DNA from: Eledone cirrhosa
Lineage: Eukaryota
Length of the DNA: 64,000 bases
NCBI GenBank assembly: GCA_964016885.1
Contig: OZ024740.1
Coordinates: forward strand, 235,786,001 to 235,850,000
Reading direction: 5' to 3'
Position 1 is the stretch's first letter, and each line of letters opens with the position of its first letter. Positions 43,740-60,240 of this stretch are shown here, in pieces. The position numbers and the translations under genes were made by a program. The notes below the pieces were generated by a model that searched no databases, was not told the DNA's origin, and saw only the letters and a program-made list of their open reading frames with translations.

Positions 43740-45900
43740 ATACAGTGGTTTGAATTTGTTATGTTTTTGGAAGAAGTATATGTAGATTAGTGATGTCCAG
43801 AATTAGCATTTCTAGAATGTTTGAGGGTATGTATAAGGAGGGTGATAAGTTTGTATAGTGGTTTTATTGACTTTTAGAATTGATATAACATTTTGCAGCT
43901 TTCAGATTCTGAGAATTTCTCAATGTTGGTACAAATAGTTTTAGATGTTTGTAAGTGCCTTATCTTAGATTTAGAGGGAGTGGATTGGCAGTATCGGTAG
44001 AGGGTCGGATACTATGCTTTGCAGCATAGAGTTACGCCCCTTTATGATCTGAGTTCAAATCCCACCAAGGTTAACTTGCTTTCATTCTTACAGGGTCGAT
44101 AAAATAAAGCACCAGTAATGCACTGGGGTAATTGCTGGCCTTGTGCCAAAAGTAGAAACAATTATTTTATATTTTCTTATTGTTTTTTTATTTTTAGGTG
44201 TTTGTCTGAGGAAAAGGATCAATATCATAGTCTATCTGAAAAGTATGTTTTCCACTTTGTGTGGTTTTTAGAGACTGATTATCAAGCAATATTTGCTTGG
44301 TGTTACAGCTTAGATATATTTTTTTATGTTGCTATTGTGATGGAAAGTGTAGTGTGACTATTGCTGTTGTTGTTGGTGATGTTTCTAATTACTCTCTGCA
44401 GAGTTTTACTCTTAGTTTGCTGGTTTATGATCAATACTAATAGTTGCCAGTTTTGTTTTGCTTTGTCTTACTTTTGTTATCTTGTTATGTTTTTTGACAC
44501 TAAGTTTTATTTCAGCTGTATATGGTTTTTATGTGGTTGGCTATTTCTGGTGTGTAATTGGGGTTGTGTATATTTTAAATGTTATTTGGTTTTGGATGTG
44601 TCTTTTTGGTGCACCTTTAATTATTTTGTTGAATGTATGTACTGCAGTATCTATGTTGGTGGTTCTGGTGTTAAATTCTGAAAACCTTAATTCAGTTTCT
44701 TGATGGAACTCATTCCTTTGTACTTTTGTGAAGTGTTTGCTTTTTTTCTTTATTGATATGCAAGTGATTTGTGTTGATAAATAGTCTGAAAAGAGGTATA
44801 AAATTGTTTGCCAAGTTGTGGTAGGTGTGTGGAGAAGAAAGTGTTATCTGAGGAAGGGTTTTTATAGTTGGCTTGGTGGGGTATGTGGAGGTGTGTTGGT
44901 GTGGTTTTTTTAAGAAAGTTTAGATACAATGCTGTTGTGTTTCCTCTTTTGTTATCTGTATCATTTGAAAACCAGATGGTATTGAGTACATTAAATTCTT
45001 CCCAAATGATGGTGCTTGTATTAAAATACTGTAGTTTGGATTTGTAACTTTGTGGAGTGGTTAGTGAAGTTAGTGTGTGTTAATGTTTCGTGTTTCTGGT
45101 TTTTACTTTGAAAGCCTACATTTCTTGTGTAATGCTATTTCCCATTAGTTTAATAATATCATATATAATATCTATATATTATATCTATATGTTGAACACA
45201 AGTTTATGTATATGTATTCAGACCAGCTCTTTCAAAAAAAAAGGTTGTGTCTAGTCTGATTTGAGTATAATTTAGAATGCTGAGAGTTCTTTGTTCATGT
45301 AATAAGGACAAATTATCTCTGTGCCAAATTAGTTTCACAGCAGAGTTTTTAATGATCTTAATGGTGTATTGAAATTTTTTTAGATTTTTATATCATATTT
45401 ATAAAGTTTATTTTTGTGTGTAAAGTGTTAGTTTTTAAATGTATTCTCTGAAGGCATGTGGGTGGTATTGGAAAGGGAAAAAGGCAATGGTATTTCCTAT
45501 GTTTTTATTTTTGTCAATGTCATTGTTATTTTTCTGGAGTATTTGTAAATTATGTTGTTTATTAGTGCTTGAGAAAATATTTTGTCAGCTTTGTAAAATA
45601 TTTACTTAGTTCTTAATATTTTTGATTTGTGAAGGACCAGCTGTATGAGTGTTTGTAGATGATGCCTATATTTATGTCTAAAGACATAATCCAAAGGTAT
45701 ACATAGATATATGTTGTTATGTATCTGATACAAAGGACAAATACTCATTGAACTTGTTTTGTGGAATATGTGGTGTGGGATAGACCTAAGAATATGTGGT
45801 GTGTAGGTAACCAAGGATGATAAGATATGTGGTCATTGTGTAATATATGGTGTATTGTGGCCTTGGAAGATGTATTTTATTAATGTTATATATGTTAGGT
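43740..45900 (-). mobile_element. Probable heavily decayed LINE (strong T/G strand bias), interrupted by a SINE
   Basis: Compositional asymmetry typical of an antisense A-rich LINE ORF; only faint RT-like traces seen. Confidence 0.3.
43980..44165 (+). mobile_element. Meta-core tRNA SINE
   Basis: GGATTGGCAGTATCGGTAGAGGGTCGG..GAGTTCAAATCCC..GGGTCGATAAAATAAAG..GTAGAAACAATTATT. Confidence 0.88.
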
Positions 45901-46917
45901 TGATATATAATATATATCAATAAAGTACCAGTAATGCACTGGGTAATTGTGCCTAAAGTAGAAACAATTATTTATTTGAAGGTAAGGGACTGAAATGCAA
46001 TTTAGAAGAGAATATCTATAGCCAACTTTGTATCTATTTGACTGCTATAAGCTCTTTCCTTCAAATCAGTTTCTCTCCATCATATCGTTTCAGATCAGCT
46101 TCACTATTTTATTATTCCTCATCTTTCATAAAGGCTTAATTAGTAAGGTCTTTAACAACATTTAAACATTTCCTTGAGGAGATTCACTTATTTCTGGAAA
46201 TAATGTAATGTTTTTAATTTAAATGTTTAAGAGAAGCATGAAATTCAAAACATGAGATGTTGCAGTTTTCATTATTTCTTTCAATGCTGTATATTTAGAG
46301 CTTGATAATTTTATTATTTGTTAAAGAAAAGCTTACTTTTATATTTTATACCATGTACATACCATACCTCTAGGTAAGATAAGATGCAATGCATTGCATT
46401 AGCAGTTAAATTGTGTGAATTGTTCATGCATGAAAGGAACTTTGTTGATGTTCTTTAATGACAATTTTATCATTCTGTTTTGAAGTAAGCCTCATATTTA
46501 ATATACCTTAAGACCATTCTATAGCTCAAGTAACCCAGAAGAATGATATTAATACGAATATCAAAATCCTGAGAAAACCTTTATACCTATCAGAGCATTT
46601 TCAAAACAATTACCTTGAGAAGTTGCAGAAACTGCTAGAATTTGGTTATTTGGCAATAGCATACTGGCAAACAGATTTTAAGCTGAATAAACAAGTTTTC
46701 CTCCAGTCAAATATTTCTTCTTCAAAGATAAAGGAGAGAAATTACTTGACTTGTGAAAATTTTAAAAAGAAGTTTGGTCATATCATGGAATTTTATGTTT
46801 TTTTCAATAAATTCAATTTAATACAATTCAGTTTATTGTTACTGTGTGTGAAGAGCTAGATATGGCTGAGATGATAGTGGGTTAGAGTAACAGTTGAAAT
46901 GTAGGTGTTTTATAACC

Positions 46918-47407
46918 ACTAGCAGAAAAACTACCCTTCGGGTGGTTTTCTGCTAATATGTGTAGTGTGCATATTGATATTATACGCAAGTATATATGCA
47001 TGTAGATATGATACATCAAATAAAATCGTAATTGACAATATACACAGAAATTGAACGAAAACTGCGTTACACTGTCTTATGTAATCAGTAACGTAATCCA
47101 TGATACATTAAAAAAAGACGATATTATATATAAACTGCATTAGGAGAAAATTAGTGACGGAAATATATGTATGTTTATTTAAGCGATCGCTAACCAGAAG
47201 TGTTGACATTTTAAAATTTTAAAGAAGTGAATCTTAAAATAAGCAACAAAATTATTTATATTTAATCAAGAATAACGAAATTTAGTAGATAAATTATGTA
47301 ATATTCATTCATTATTTATTCAAAATAATCCAACTTATTTTACAAATGGGATAAAAAAATATATTCTCGACACAGTCCTGCACTCCTTACTTTATTATAG
47401 TTTAGAT
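46918..47407 (+). mobile_element. Helentron-associated (HINE/DINE-1-like) non-autonomous element
   Basis: Starts ACTAGC with hairpin TAGCAGAAAAACTACCC-TTC-GGGTGGTTTTCTGCTA; ends CTTTATTATAGTTTAGAT. Confidence 0.55.
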
Positions 47408-47483
47408 TAATTTTGCTAACCTCACTAATCTGAGATGGCCTGCAAACATTGGTACTACATTTTGTTTATGGTCACAATATTTA

Positions 47484-47673
47484 CTGTATATACTTAAATA
47501 TAAGCCGACCCCACTATTTTATGTCTGAGAAATGGGCAAAATTCCAAACCTTATTTACATAAAATTTGAAGTTAGTGAAAATCGTCAAAATATTAACCCC
47601 AAAATAAGCCAACCCACTTCTACCATCGATCTTTTGGTCACATATTTCTTGGTTTATATTTGAGTATATACGG
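47484..47673. mobile_element. Tc2/pogo-type MITE with TA TSD
   Basis: TA-CTGTATATACTTAAATATAAGCCGA ... TTGGTTTATATTTGAGTATATACGG-TA. Confidence 0.8.
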
Positions 47674-48299
47674 TAACTTTCAAATTTCCCAGTCCATGAA
47701 GATACTATATAGTATGTACAAATTACTAAGAAACAGAAGTGCTGGATAATTGACAAACTGTCAGTTTGCAATGCTGGATTCAATTTCTTACAGAAACACG
47801 AGGTCATGCTTTCTCACCGTGTACAGATTTATTAAATTTTATGTAATATATTAAACTGGTGATTGCCCACTGTAGACCACCACAGGTTTCTTTAGACACT
47901 AGTTGTTGTTTAGCTCCATCTTTCCAGGAACTATGTTGATAAATAAACCTCATTTAGTTATTCCATGAGAGTATCTTAGTCAGTGTATGAACTTTTCAGC
48001 CAGCCTGCGTACAGCTCTCCTTCTCTTGGTAACTCTACTATGTTTCAACCCATAAGCTCAACATTAAGTACGCCATCGAACCCTTCAGCTCTAGAATTTC
48101 AGTACATGGCAACTGTCTTTATGCCCAAACTTTCTTTGCAGCCATTAAACCTCAGAAGTTCAAACTAAACATCAACTACATTAACCCCGCTAAGAGTTGG
48201 GGAGGTTTGGAGAGACTATGGTTATGGAATGGGGTGGAAGGTGGGGGCTCCTCACCAGATTAAATAGTTAATATCAATTATTGATGTTCTTATTGCTGT

Positions 48300-48470
48300 C
48301 TATGACCTCTGACTTCAACAGTACCTCCAACACCATCACCACCATTACAATTACTGCCATTAACACTCCCACCACTACCAGAATCTTAATCACCACCATA
48401 AACACTACCATCATCATTGCCATATTTATTGCCATTATCATCATCATAACCATAAATATAATCATGGTTC

Positions 48471-48505
<35 letters not shown>

Positions 48506-48630
48506 TTCCAACAGCACAATCATCATCATCATCACCATTATCACCATTGTCATCACCATCAAATTCAACATCATCATCATCATCATCATTGTAACGATCA
48601 ACATCACCATCATTACTGTCATCCTCATCA
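48300..48630. repeat. (CAT)n/(CAC)n low-complexity tract
   Basis: Directly visible. Confidence 0.9.
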
Positions 48631-49086
48631 AAGAGTACAAAGCTAGCAGTTATCAAAAGTTATCTATATTGGAAAAACAGCAACGTTTGCGGATATTAAA
48701 TATTCACTGAAGTAATATTAGCTTTGTGCTGACGGCGAATATAATTTCAAACGAACCAAGATGGCCGACAGCAGCCATTTTGATTTGCCTTCATGTTATC
48801 AATTCAAACAAGAAATAATAGAAAGCCCATAGTTGTGTGCTTGTATTATGAAAGAATTTTCCAAACACTATTGTTTGCTAAATACTTCAGTTTTATCTCA
48901 AGTGAAACAAAACAACAAAAATATAGACACAAAGAAATAAGTAATAATAAAAATGGTTTAGTTGTTTGCAGCCTCAAGTCTATAGACAGAAAATGGTGTG
49001 TTTAAGTGTGTGTGTAAGTATATGTATATATATCTATATCTATATATATATATATATAGATATATGTGTGTGTGTGTATATTATAA

Positions 49087-49130
<44 letters not shown>

Positions 49131-49248
49131 ATTATAAGCATATATATATATATTATATGCATATATATATATATATATACATAATATAATATATATACAT
49201 AATATATTATATTTATATATGTATGTATATATATATATATCTTATATG

Positions 49249-49294
<46 letters not shown>

Positions 49295-49297
49295 TAC

Positions 49298-49328
<31 letters not shown>

Positions 49329-49641
49329 GAACGAACATATGAGATAAATATATGTTCATTTATATGCGAATCTATAAATATTTATGTATGCATGTATATA
49401 GAATACACACATACATATGTGTGTATATATGTGTGTGTGAAGGTACTTATATGCATTCATATGTAATATACACACACACATACGCATACATGTTTTGGCT
49501 AATATTTTTATGACAGATAAATTATGAACATACATTTTTTTTTCTCTCTGAAAGCAAGTAATTATATGTTTATTTGACATAGAGAGAGGGGGAAAGAGAG
49601 AGACAGAGAGAGAGGGGGGGGGGGAGACTGTGTATATGTGA

Positions 49642-50558
<917 letters not shown>

Positions 50559-50788
50559 TCAATATCCCTACTGTTTTAACATCCGTTTTCCACGCTACTG
50601 CAGGTTGGACAGTTTTATGTATGAAATATTGCTTTATCTTTATCTATCTATCAGTCAATCTATCTATCTAACTATAAATCTCTCTTTCTCTTTCTCTCTA
50701 TCTCTCTCTCTCTCTCTCTCTACATATATATATATATATGTGTGTGTGTGTGTATATATATACATATATGTGTGTATGTCTGTGTGTG

Positions 50789-50836
<48 letters not shown>

Positions 50837-50885
50837 CATATATATGTGTGTGTATGTCTGTGTGTGTGTATATATATATGTGTGG

Positions 50886-50924
<39 letters not shown>

Positions 50925-51151
50925 TTTGTACAGAAACATGCATCAGTGTATATCAGTACACATATACACACAGATCAATGCATGTATATGTGCATACTGA
51001 TATACATGCTGAACAATCAATGTGCATGTACACATGGACACGCTTGCTTACTTGCTTGATTGCTAACATCTTCCTTCACACATATGCACATGTACATACA
51101 CCAGTAAACAAATACATACACATAGATGTCAATGCCAATATGCACATACAT

Positions 51152-51998
<847 letters not shown>

Positions 51999-52329
51999 TG
52001 ACGACATATATAGTTAAGTATATTGAAATAAAATATATCTACATCTTTCATGTATTGTAATAATTATACCATGTGCCATTAACAAGGGCAGTTGTACTCT
52101 ATATACCTACTCCATGGCAATTGCTTGGACATTGTGTAATAACTGATGGGCCATTAATTATCCACTTTATATGTGACTAGGACTCATACAGGTCCTATCA
52201 GACTCTTCACAGTTTCAAACTTATTTATGGCTCTTTGATTGCATGGTGAGTAACAGGTCATTACTAGTCATTAGGAAAATCATGTATAACAGTCTGTTGT
52301 AATGGACAACTTGATGGCTTGTTTCATGT

Positions 52330-55300
52330 GATGTCAACCCAGACTGGTGAGTTGGTCATTTTGGCATGATAATCTATTTGATGTGATGTGATGTGATGGT
52401 TGTATTAGTCATTCTGATGTGATTGTGATGTCCAGACTGGTGTATTGGTCTTTCTTTTGTGATGGTCATTCTGACATGATAATCCGTATGATGTGATGTT
52501 CAATCTGATGTGATGTCCTGATTGATGTGCCTGTTCGGTCTGATGGTCATTCTGCCCTGATAGTCTATATTATGTGATGTTCTGCCTGATGTGATGTCCA
52601 GATCAGTGTAATGGTCATTCTGATATGATAGTCTATATAATGTGATGTTCAGTCTGATGTGATGTCCAGATTGATGTGATGGTCAGTCATTCTGATATGA
52701 TAGTCTATATAATGTGATGTTCAGTCTGATGTGATGGTCAGTCATTCTGATATGATAGTCTATATAATGTGATGTTCAGTCTGATGTGATGTCCAGATTG
52801 ATGTGATGGTCATTCTGGTATGATAGTCTATATAATGTGATGTTCAGTCTGATGTGATGTCCAGATTGATGTGATGGTCATTCTGGTATGAAAGTCTGTA
52901 TAATATGATGTCCAGATTGATGTGATGATAATTCTGGCATGATAGTCTGTATAATGTGATGTCCAGGCTGGTGTGATGGTCATTCTGGTATGATAATCTG
53001 TATGATGTGATGTCCAGTCTGATGTGATGTCCAGATTGATGTGATGGTCATTCTGATATGATAGTCTATATAATGTGATGTTCAGTCTGATGTGATGTCC
53101 AGATTGATGTGATGGTCATTCTGGTATGAAAGTCTGTATAATATGATGTCCAGATTGATGTGATGATAATTCTGGCATGATAGTCTGTATAATGTGATGT
53201 CCAGGCTGGTGTGATGGTCATTCTGGTATGATAATCTGTATGATGTGATGTCCAGTCTGATGTGATGTCCAGATTGATGTGATGGTCATTCTGATATGAT
53301 AGTCTATATAATGTGATGTTCAGTCTGATGTGATGTCCAGATTGATGTGATGGTCATTCTGGTATGAAAGTCTGTATAATATGATGTCCAGATTGATGTG
53401 ATGGTAATTCTGGCATGATAGTCTGTATAATGTGATGTCCAGGCTGGTGTGATGGTCATTCTGGTATGATAATCTGTATGATGTGATGTCCAGTCTGATG
53501 TGATGTCCAGATTGATGTGATGGTCATTCTGATATGATAGTCTATATAATGTGATGTTCAGTCTGATGTGATGTCCAGATTGATGTGATGGTCATTCTGG
53601 CATGATAGTCTGTATAATGTGATGTCAAGGCTGGTATGATGGTCATTCTGGTATGATAATCTGTATGATGTGATGTCCAGCCTAATGTGATATCCAGGCT
53701 GGTGTGATGGTCATTCTGGTATGATGTGATGTCTAGTCTGATGTGATGTCCAGATTGATGTGATGGTCATTCTGGTATGATAGTCTGTATGATGTCCAGA
53801 TCAGTGTGATGGTCCAATACGATGTACACTGTGGTGTGATGATCAAGCTGGTGTGGTGGTCTGTCTGGTTTGAGAGCTAGTCATGTGTGATGGCCAGTTT
53901 GATGTGATGACCAGTTTGGTGTGATGACCTATCTGATGTGATGACCCCTGGGGTGTGATAGCCACTCTGGTGTGATGTGCTGTTTGATGTGATGACCCCT
54001 GAGGTGTGATAGCCAGTCAGGTGTGATGTGTTGTTTGATGTGATGACCCCCTGAGGTGTGATAGCTAGTCTGGTGTGATGACCTGTCTAATGCAATGACC
54101 TATCTGATGTGATGACCTCAGGGGTGTGATAGCCAGTCTGATGCGATGACGTCTCAGGTGTAATAGCCAGTATGACGTGACGACTTCTGGTGTGTGATAG
54201 CAAGTTTGATGTGATGACCAGACTGGTGTGATGACCTCTGGGGTGGGATAGCCAGTCTGATGTGATCACCTCTGAGGTGTGACAGCTAATCTAATGTGAT
54301 GAGCAGCCAGGGGTGATGGCCTCTGGTGTATGATGACCTCTAGGTGTAATAGCCAGTTTGATGTGACAACTTCTGGCGTGTGATAGCCAGTTTGATATGA
54401 AGACCTGTCTGGTGTGATGACCTGAGGAGTGGTGACCTTTGGGGTGGGATAGCCAGTCTGATGTGATGAACTCTGGGATGTGATTACCAGTCTGATGTGA
54501 TGCCTAGTCTAATGAGATGATTAGTGTGATGTGATAGCATGTTGTGATGCCTAGTCTAATGAGATGATTAGTGTGATGTGATAGCATGTTGTGATGCCTA
54601 GTCTAATGAGATGATTAGTGTGATGTGATAGCCTGTTGCGATGGCCACTCTGGTATGATTACTTGTCTGATGTGATGATCAGTCTTATATGATTGCTAGC
54701 CTGTTGGGATGACCACTTTGGTGTGATTACTTGTCTGATGTGATGATCAGTCTTATATGATTGCTAGCCTGTTGGGATGATCACTTTGGTGTGATTACTT
54801 GTCTGATGTGATGATCAGTCTTATATGATTGCTAGCCTGTTGGGATGACCACTTTGGTGTGATTACTTGTCTGATGTGATGATCAGTCTTATATGATTGC
54901 TAGCCTGTTGTGATGACCACTCTGGTGTGATTACTTGTCTGATGTGATGATCAGTCTTATATGATTGCTACCCTGTTGCAATGGCCACTCTGGTGTGATT
55001 ACTTGTCTGATGTGATGATCAGTCTTATATGATTGCTACCCTGTTGCAATGGCCACTCTGGTGTGATTACTTGTCTGATGTGATGATCAATCTTATATGA
55101 TTGCTAGCCTGTTGCGATGGCCACTCTGGTGTGATTACTTGTCTGATGTGATGATCAGTCTTATATGATTGCTACCCTGTTGCAATGGCCACTCTGGTGT
55201 GATTACTTGTCTGATGTGATGATCAGTCTTATATGATTGCTAGCCTGTTGTGATGACCACTCTGGTGTGATTACTTGTCTGATGTGATGATCAGTCTTAT

Positions 55301-58230
55301 ATGATTGCTAGCCTGTTGCGATGGCCACTCTGGTGTGATTACTTGTCTGATGTGATGATCAGTCTTATATGATTGCTAGCCTGTTGCGATAGCCACTCTG
55401 GTGTGATAACTTGTCTGATGTGATGATCAGTCTTATATGATTGCTAGCCTGTTGCGATGACCACTCTGGTGTGATTACTTGTCTGATGTGATAATCAGTC
55501 TTATATGATTGCTAGCCTGTTGCGATGGCCACTCTGGTGTGATTACTTGTCTGATGTGATGATCAGTCTTATATGATTGCTAGCCTGTTGTGATGGCCAC
55601 TCTGGTGTGATTACTTGTCTGATGTGATGATCAGTCTTATATGATTGCTAGCCTGTTGCGATGGCCACTCTGGTGTGATTACTTGTCTGATGTGATGATC
55701 AGTCTTATATGATTGCTAGCCTGTTATGATGGTCACTCTGGTGTGATTACTTGTCTGATGTGATGATCAATCTTATATGATTGCTAGCCTGTTGCGATGG
55801 CCACTCTGGTGTGATTACTTGTCTGATGTGATGATCAGTCTTATATGATTGCCAGCCTGTTGCGATGGCCACTCTGGTATGATTACTTGTCTGATGTGAT
55901 GATCAGTCTTATATGATTGCTACCCTGTTGGGATGACCACTTTGGTGTGATTACTTGTCTGATGTGATGATCAGTCTTATATGATTGCTAGCCTGTTGTG
56001 ATGACCACTCTGGTGTGATTACTTGTCTGATGTGATGATCAATCTTATATGATTGCTAGCCTGTTGCGATGGCCACTCTGGTGTGCTTACTTGTCTGATG
56101 TGATGATCAGTCTTATATGATTGCTACCCTGTTGCAATGGCCACTCTGGTGTGATTACTTGTCTGATGTGATGATCAGTCTTATATGATTGCTAGCCTGT
56201 TGCGATGGCCACTCTGGTGTGATTACTTGTCTAATGCAATGACCTATCTGATGTGATGACCTCAGGGTGTGATAGCCAGTCTAATGCGATGACCTCTCAG
56301 GTGTAATAGCCAGTATGACGTGACGACTTCTGGTGTGTGATAGCAAGTTTGATGTGATGACCAGACTGGTGTGATGACCTCTGGGTGGGATAGCCAGTCT
56401 CATGTGATCACCTCTGGGGTGTGACAGCTAATATAATGTGATGAGCAGCCAGGTGTGATGGCCTCTGGTGTATGATGACCTCTAGATGTAATAGCCAGTT
56501 TGATGTGACGCCTTCTAGTGTGTGATAGCCAGTTTGATATGAAGACCTGTCTGGTGTGATGACCTTTGGGGTGGGATAGCCAGTCTGATGTGATGAACTC
56601 TAGGATGTGATTACCAGTCTGATGTGATGCCTAGTCTAATGAGATGATTAGTGTGATGTGATAGCATGTTGTGATGCCTAGTCTAATGAGATGATTAGTG
56701 TGATGTGATAGCCTGTTGCGATGGCCACTCTGGTATGATTACTTGTCTGATGTGATGATCAGTCTTATATGATTGCTAGCCTGTTGGGATGACCACTTTG
56801 GTGTGATTACTTGTCTGATGTGATGATCAGTCTTATATGATTTCTAGCCTGTTGTGATGACCACTCTGGTGTGATTACTTGTCTGATGTGATGATCAGTC
56901 TTATATGATTGCTACCCTGCTGCAATGACCACTTTGGTGTGATTACTTGTCTGATGTGATGATCAGTCTTATATGATTGCTAGCCTGTTGTGATGGCCAC
57001 TCTTGTGTGATTACTTGTCTGATGTGATGATCAGTCTTATATGATTTCTACCCTGTTGCAATGGCCACTCTGGTGTGATTACTTGTCTGATGTGATGATC
57101 AATCTTATATGATTGCTAGCCTGTTGCGATGGCCACTCTGGTGTGATTACTTGTCTGATGTGATGATCAGTCTTATATGATTGCTACCCTGTTGCAATGG
57201 CCACTCTGGTGTGATTACTTGTCTGATGTGATGATCAGTCTTATATGATTGCTAGCCTGTTGTGATGACCACTCTGGTGTGATTACTTGTCTGATGTGAT
57301 GATCAGTCTTATATGATTGCTAGCCTGTTGTGATGACCACTCTGGTGTGATTACTTGTCTGATGTGATGATCAATCTTATATGATTGCTAGCCTGTTTCG
57401 ATGGCCACTCTGGTGTGATTACTTGTCTGATGTGATGATCAATCTTATATGATTGCTAGCCTGTTTCGATGGCCACTCTGGTGTGATTACTTGTCTGATG
57501 TGATGATCAATCTTATATGATTGCTAGCCTGTTGTGATGGCCACTCTGGTGTGATTACTTGTCTGATGTGATGATCAGTCTTATATGATTGCTAGCCTGT
57601 TGCGATGGCCACTCTGGTGTGATTACTTGTCTGATGTGATGATCAGTCTTATATGATTGCTAGCCTGTTGCGATGGCCACTCTGGTATGATTACTTGTCT
57701 GATGTGATGATCAGTCTTATATGATTGCTCGCCTGTTGCGATGGCCACTCTGGTGTGATTACTTGTCTGATGTGATGATCAGTCTTATATGATTGCTAGC
57801 CTGTTGCGATGGCCACGCTGGTGTGATTACTTGTCTGATGTGATGATCAGTCTTATATGATTACTAGCCTGTTGTGATGGCCACTCTGGTGTGATTACTT
57901 GTCTGATGTGATGATCAGTCTTATATGATTGCTAGCCTGTTGCGATGACCACTCTGGTGTGATTACTTGTCTGATGTGATGATCAGTCTTATATGATTGC
58001 TAGCCTGTTGCGATGACCACTCTGGTGTGATTACTTGTCTGATGTGATGATCAGTCTTATATGATTGCTAGCCTGTTGCGATGGCCACTCTGGTATGATT
58101 ACTTGTCTGATGTGATGACCACTCTGGCGTGATGACTTGTCTGTTGTGATGACCAGTCTGGTGTATTGACCAGTGGGTGTGATTGTCAGTTGGAAGGATG
58201 TGATGACCTGTCTACGTTGAGTGATAACCA
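52330..58230. repeat. TGTGA-rich satellite based on a 17-bp monomer, with 68-bp higher-order arrays (54645-56230, 56725-58115)
   Basis: 68-mer = CCACTCTGGTGTGATTA/CTTGTCTGATGTGATGA/TCAGTCTTATATGATTG/CTAGCCTGTTGCGATGG; period seen between 54645 and 54713. Confidence 0.95.
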
Positions 58231-58514
58231 GTATTTCATGTGACAACTTAGTAACAGTCTGTCATTTGTGACATCTTGTGTAGTATCTATTTCGTGTGAC
58301 AGACAATAAATCATATTTGACAAGCTTGTTATGTGTCATAAACAATCATATTCAAGAGATAATCATGTGTGACAGTCCCACATGTGGGACATAAATATCC
58401 ATAACCAGAAGAAAAAAAGATTGTTATATAAATAAGATATTACTGAATGAGAAGGGAAAAGGGAAAGAGAGGCCCAAAACATTCACTTGCACACTCACAC
58501 AAAGACAGATTCTT

Positions 58515-58516
58515 AT

Positions 58517-58549
<33 letters not shown>

Positions 58550-58616
58550 CACACACATACATATATATACATATATATATATATATACATACACATACAC
58601 ACACATATATATATAT

Positions 58617-58653
<37 letters not shown>

Positions 58654-58724
58654 CACACACATACATATATATACACACATACATATATATACATATATAT
58701 ACATACACACACATATATATATAT

Positions 58725-58755
<31 letters not shown>

Positions 58756-58995
58756 CATGAATATGAACATACACATGTATATACATAGGCAGCTGTTTGA
58801 AAATACAGGCATACATGTTCAAATATATACATGTAAATGCATCCATACACATATACATGCAACAATATATACATTTATATACCTCTTCTTCTTACTCCCG
58901 TGCCTTCTATTTTTATGCACATATATGTATACACATGCACACTAAAAATACCCACACACACACACTCACACACACGCATGTATATTCATACATGC

Positions 58996-59065
<70 letters not shown>

Positions 59066-59235
59066 CGTGTGTGTGTATATATATATGTGTGCGTGTGTGT
59101 ATGTGGGTGTGTATATCGTGTGTGTCTGTGTATGTGTGTGTGTCTGTGTGTATGTGTGTGTGTGTGTACACATAGATAAGTGAACTTAAAACGATGATGA
59201 TTATATATATATACACACATATGTACACACACAAA
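58515..59235. repeat. Compound (TA)/(CA)/(TG) microsatellites
   Basis: Directly visible. Confidence 0.9.
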
Positions 59236-59661
59236 ATTACACAATATCTATAAAGATTCAATAACATTTCATCAAATCTGTGTTAATTGGTTATTGAAGT
59301 TTGATAGAGAAAGAACAGATGTTTGATGGTGTTTGGGCGGTGAGAGCCTTTTCATGCAAACAATATAAAACCACAAACACCCGTCCACACACCATATACT
59401 CCACACACACACACACGCGCGTGCACACACAACAGACATACCATAAACTCACATCCTTGCACCACCCTGGCATGCTTTAACACACCACAGATACACCTCC
59501 ACACCACACACACATACACATACACACATACACACACACACTTCTTACAACACATCCATATAGCCACACAACAGAGATACACACCTCCACCACACAATAC
59601 TGGCATACCTCCCACAGCACAGACATACTTCAACACAATGGATATACACACGAACACAACT

Positions 59662-60240
59662 CAGATACACAGCTCATCATAACACTAGCACATCACAACA
59701 TATACCTCTGATACACCTTAACACACTATATAGACAAATACACCCCCATGATTCTACACAAATACACCCCCATGATTCTACACAACCCAGATACACAGCT
59801 CATCATAACACTAGCACATCACAACATATACCTCTGATACACCTTAACACACTATATAGACAAATACACCCCCATGATTCTACACAACCCAGATACACAG
59901 CTCATCATAACACTAGCACACCACAACATATACCTCTGATACACCTTAACACACTATATAGACAAATACACCCCCATGTTTCTACACAACCCAGATACAC
60001 AGCTCATCATAACACTAGCACACCACAACATATACCTCTCATACACCTTAACACACTATATAGACAAATACACCCCCATGATTCTAAACAACCCAGATAA
60101 ACAGCTCATCATAACACTAGCACATCACAACATATACCTCTGATACACCTTAACACACTATATAGACAAATACAGCCCCATGATTCTACACAAATACACC
60201 CCCATGATTCTACACAACCCAGACACACATCACATCATAA
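59662..60240. repeat. 102-bp minisatellite, ~5 copies, with occasional extra ~23-bp subunit
   Basis: CAGATACACAGCTCATCATAACACTAGCAC... at 59788 and 59890; AATACACCCCCATGATTCTACACA duplicated in some units. Confidence 0.92.

Noticed and set aside
46507-46682. Possible minus-strand exons (ttttctcag...AAGgtatat; ttattcag...AAGgtaatt)
   Set aside because: The first has an open but unrecognisable 20-codon frame and the second has stops in all frames; such splice-like motifs are expected by chance
54645-58115. Regular array resembling CRISPR
   Set aside because: Contiguous tandem units without unique spacers, no cas genes, eukaryotic context; the same applies to the 43-bp and 102-bp arrays
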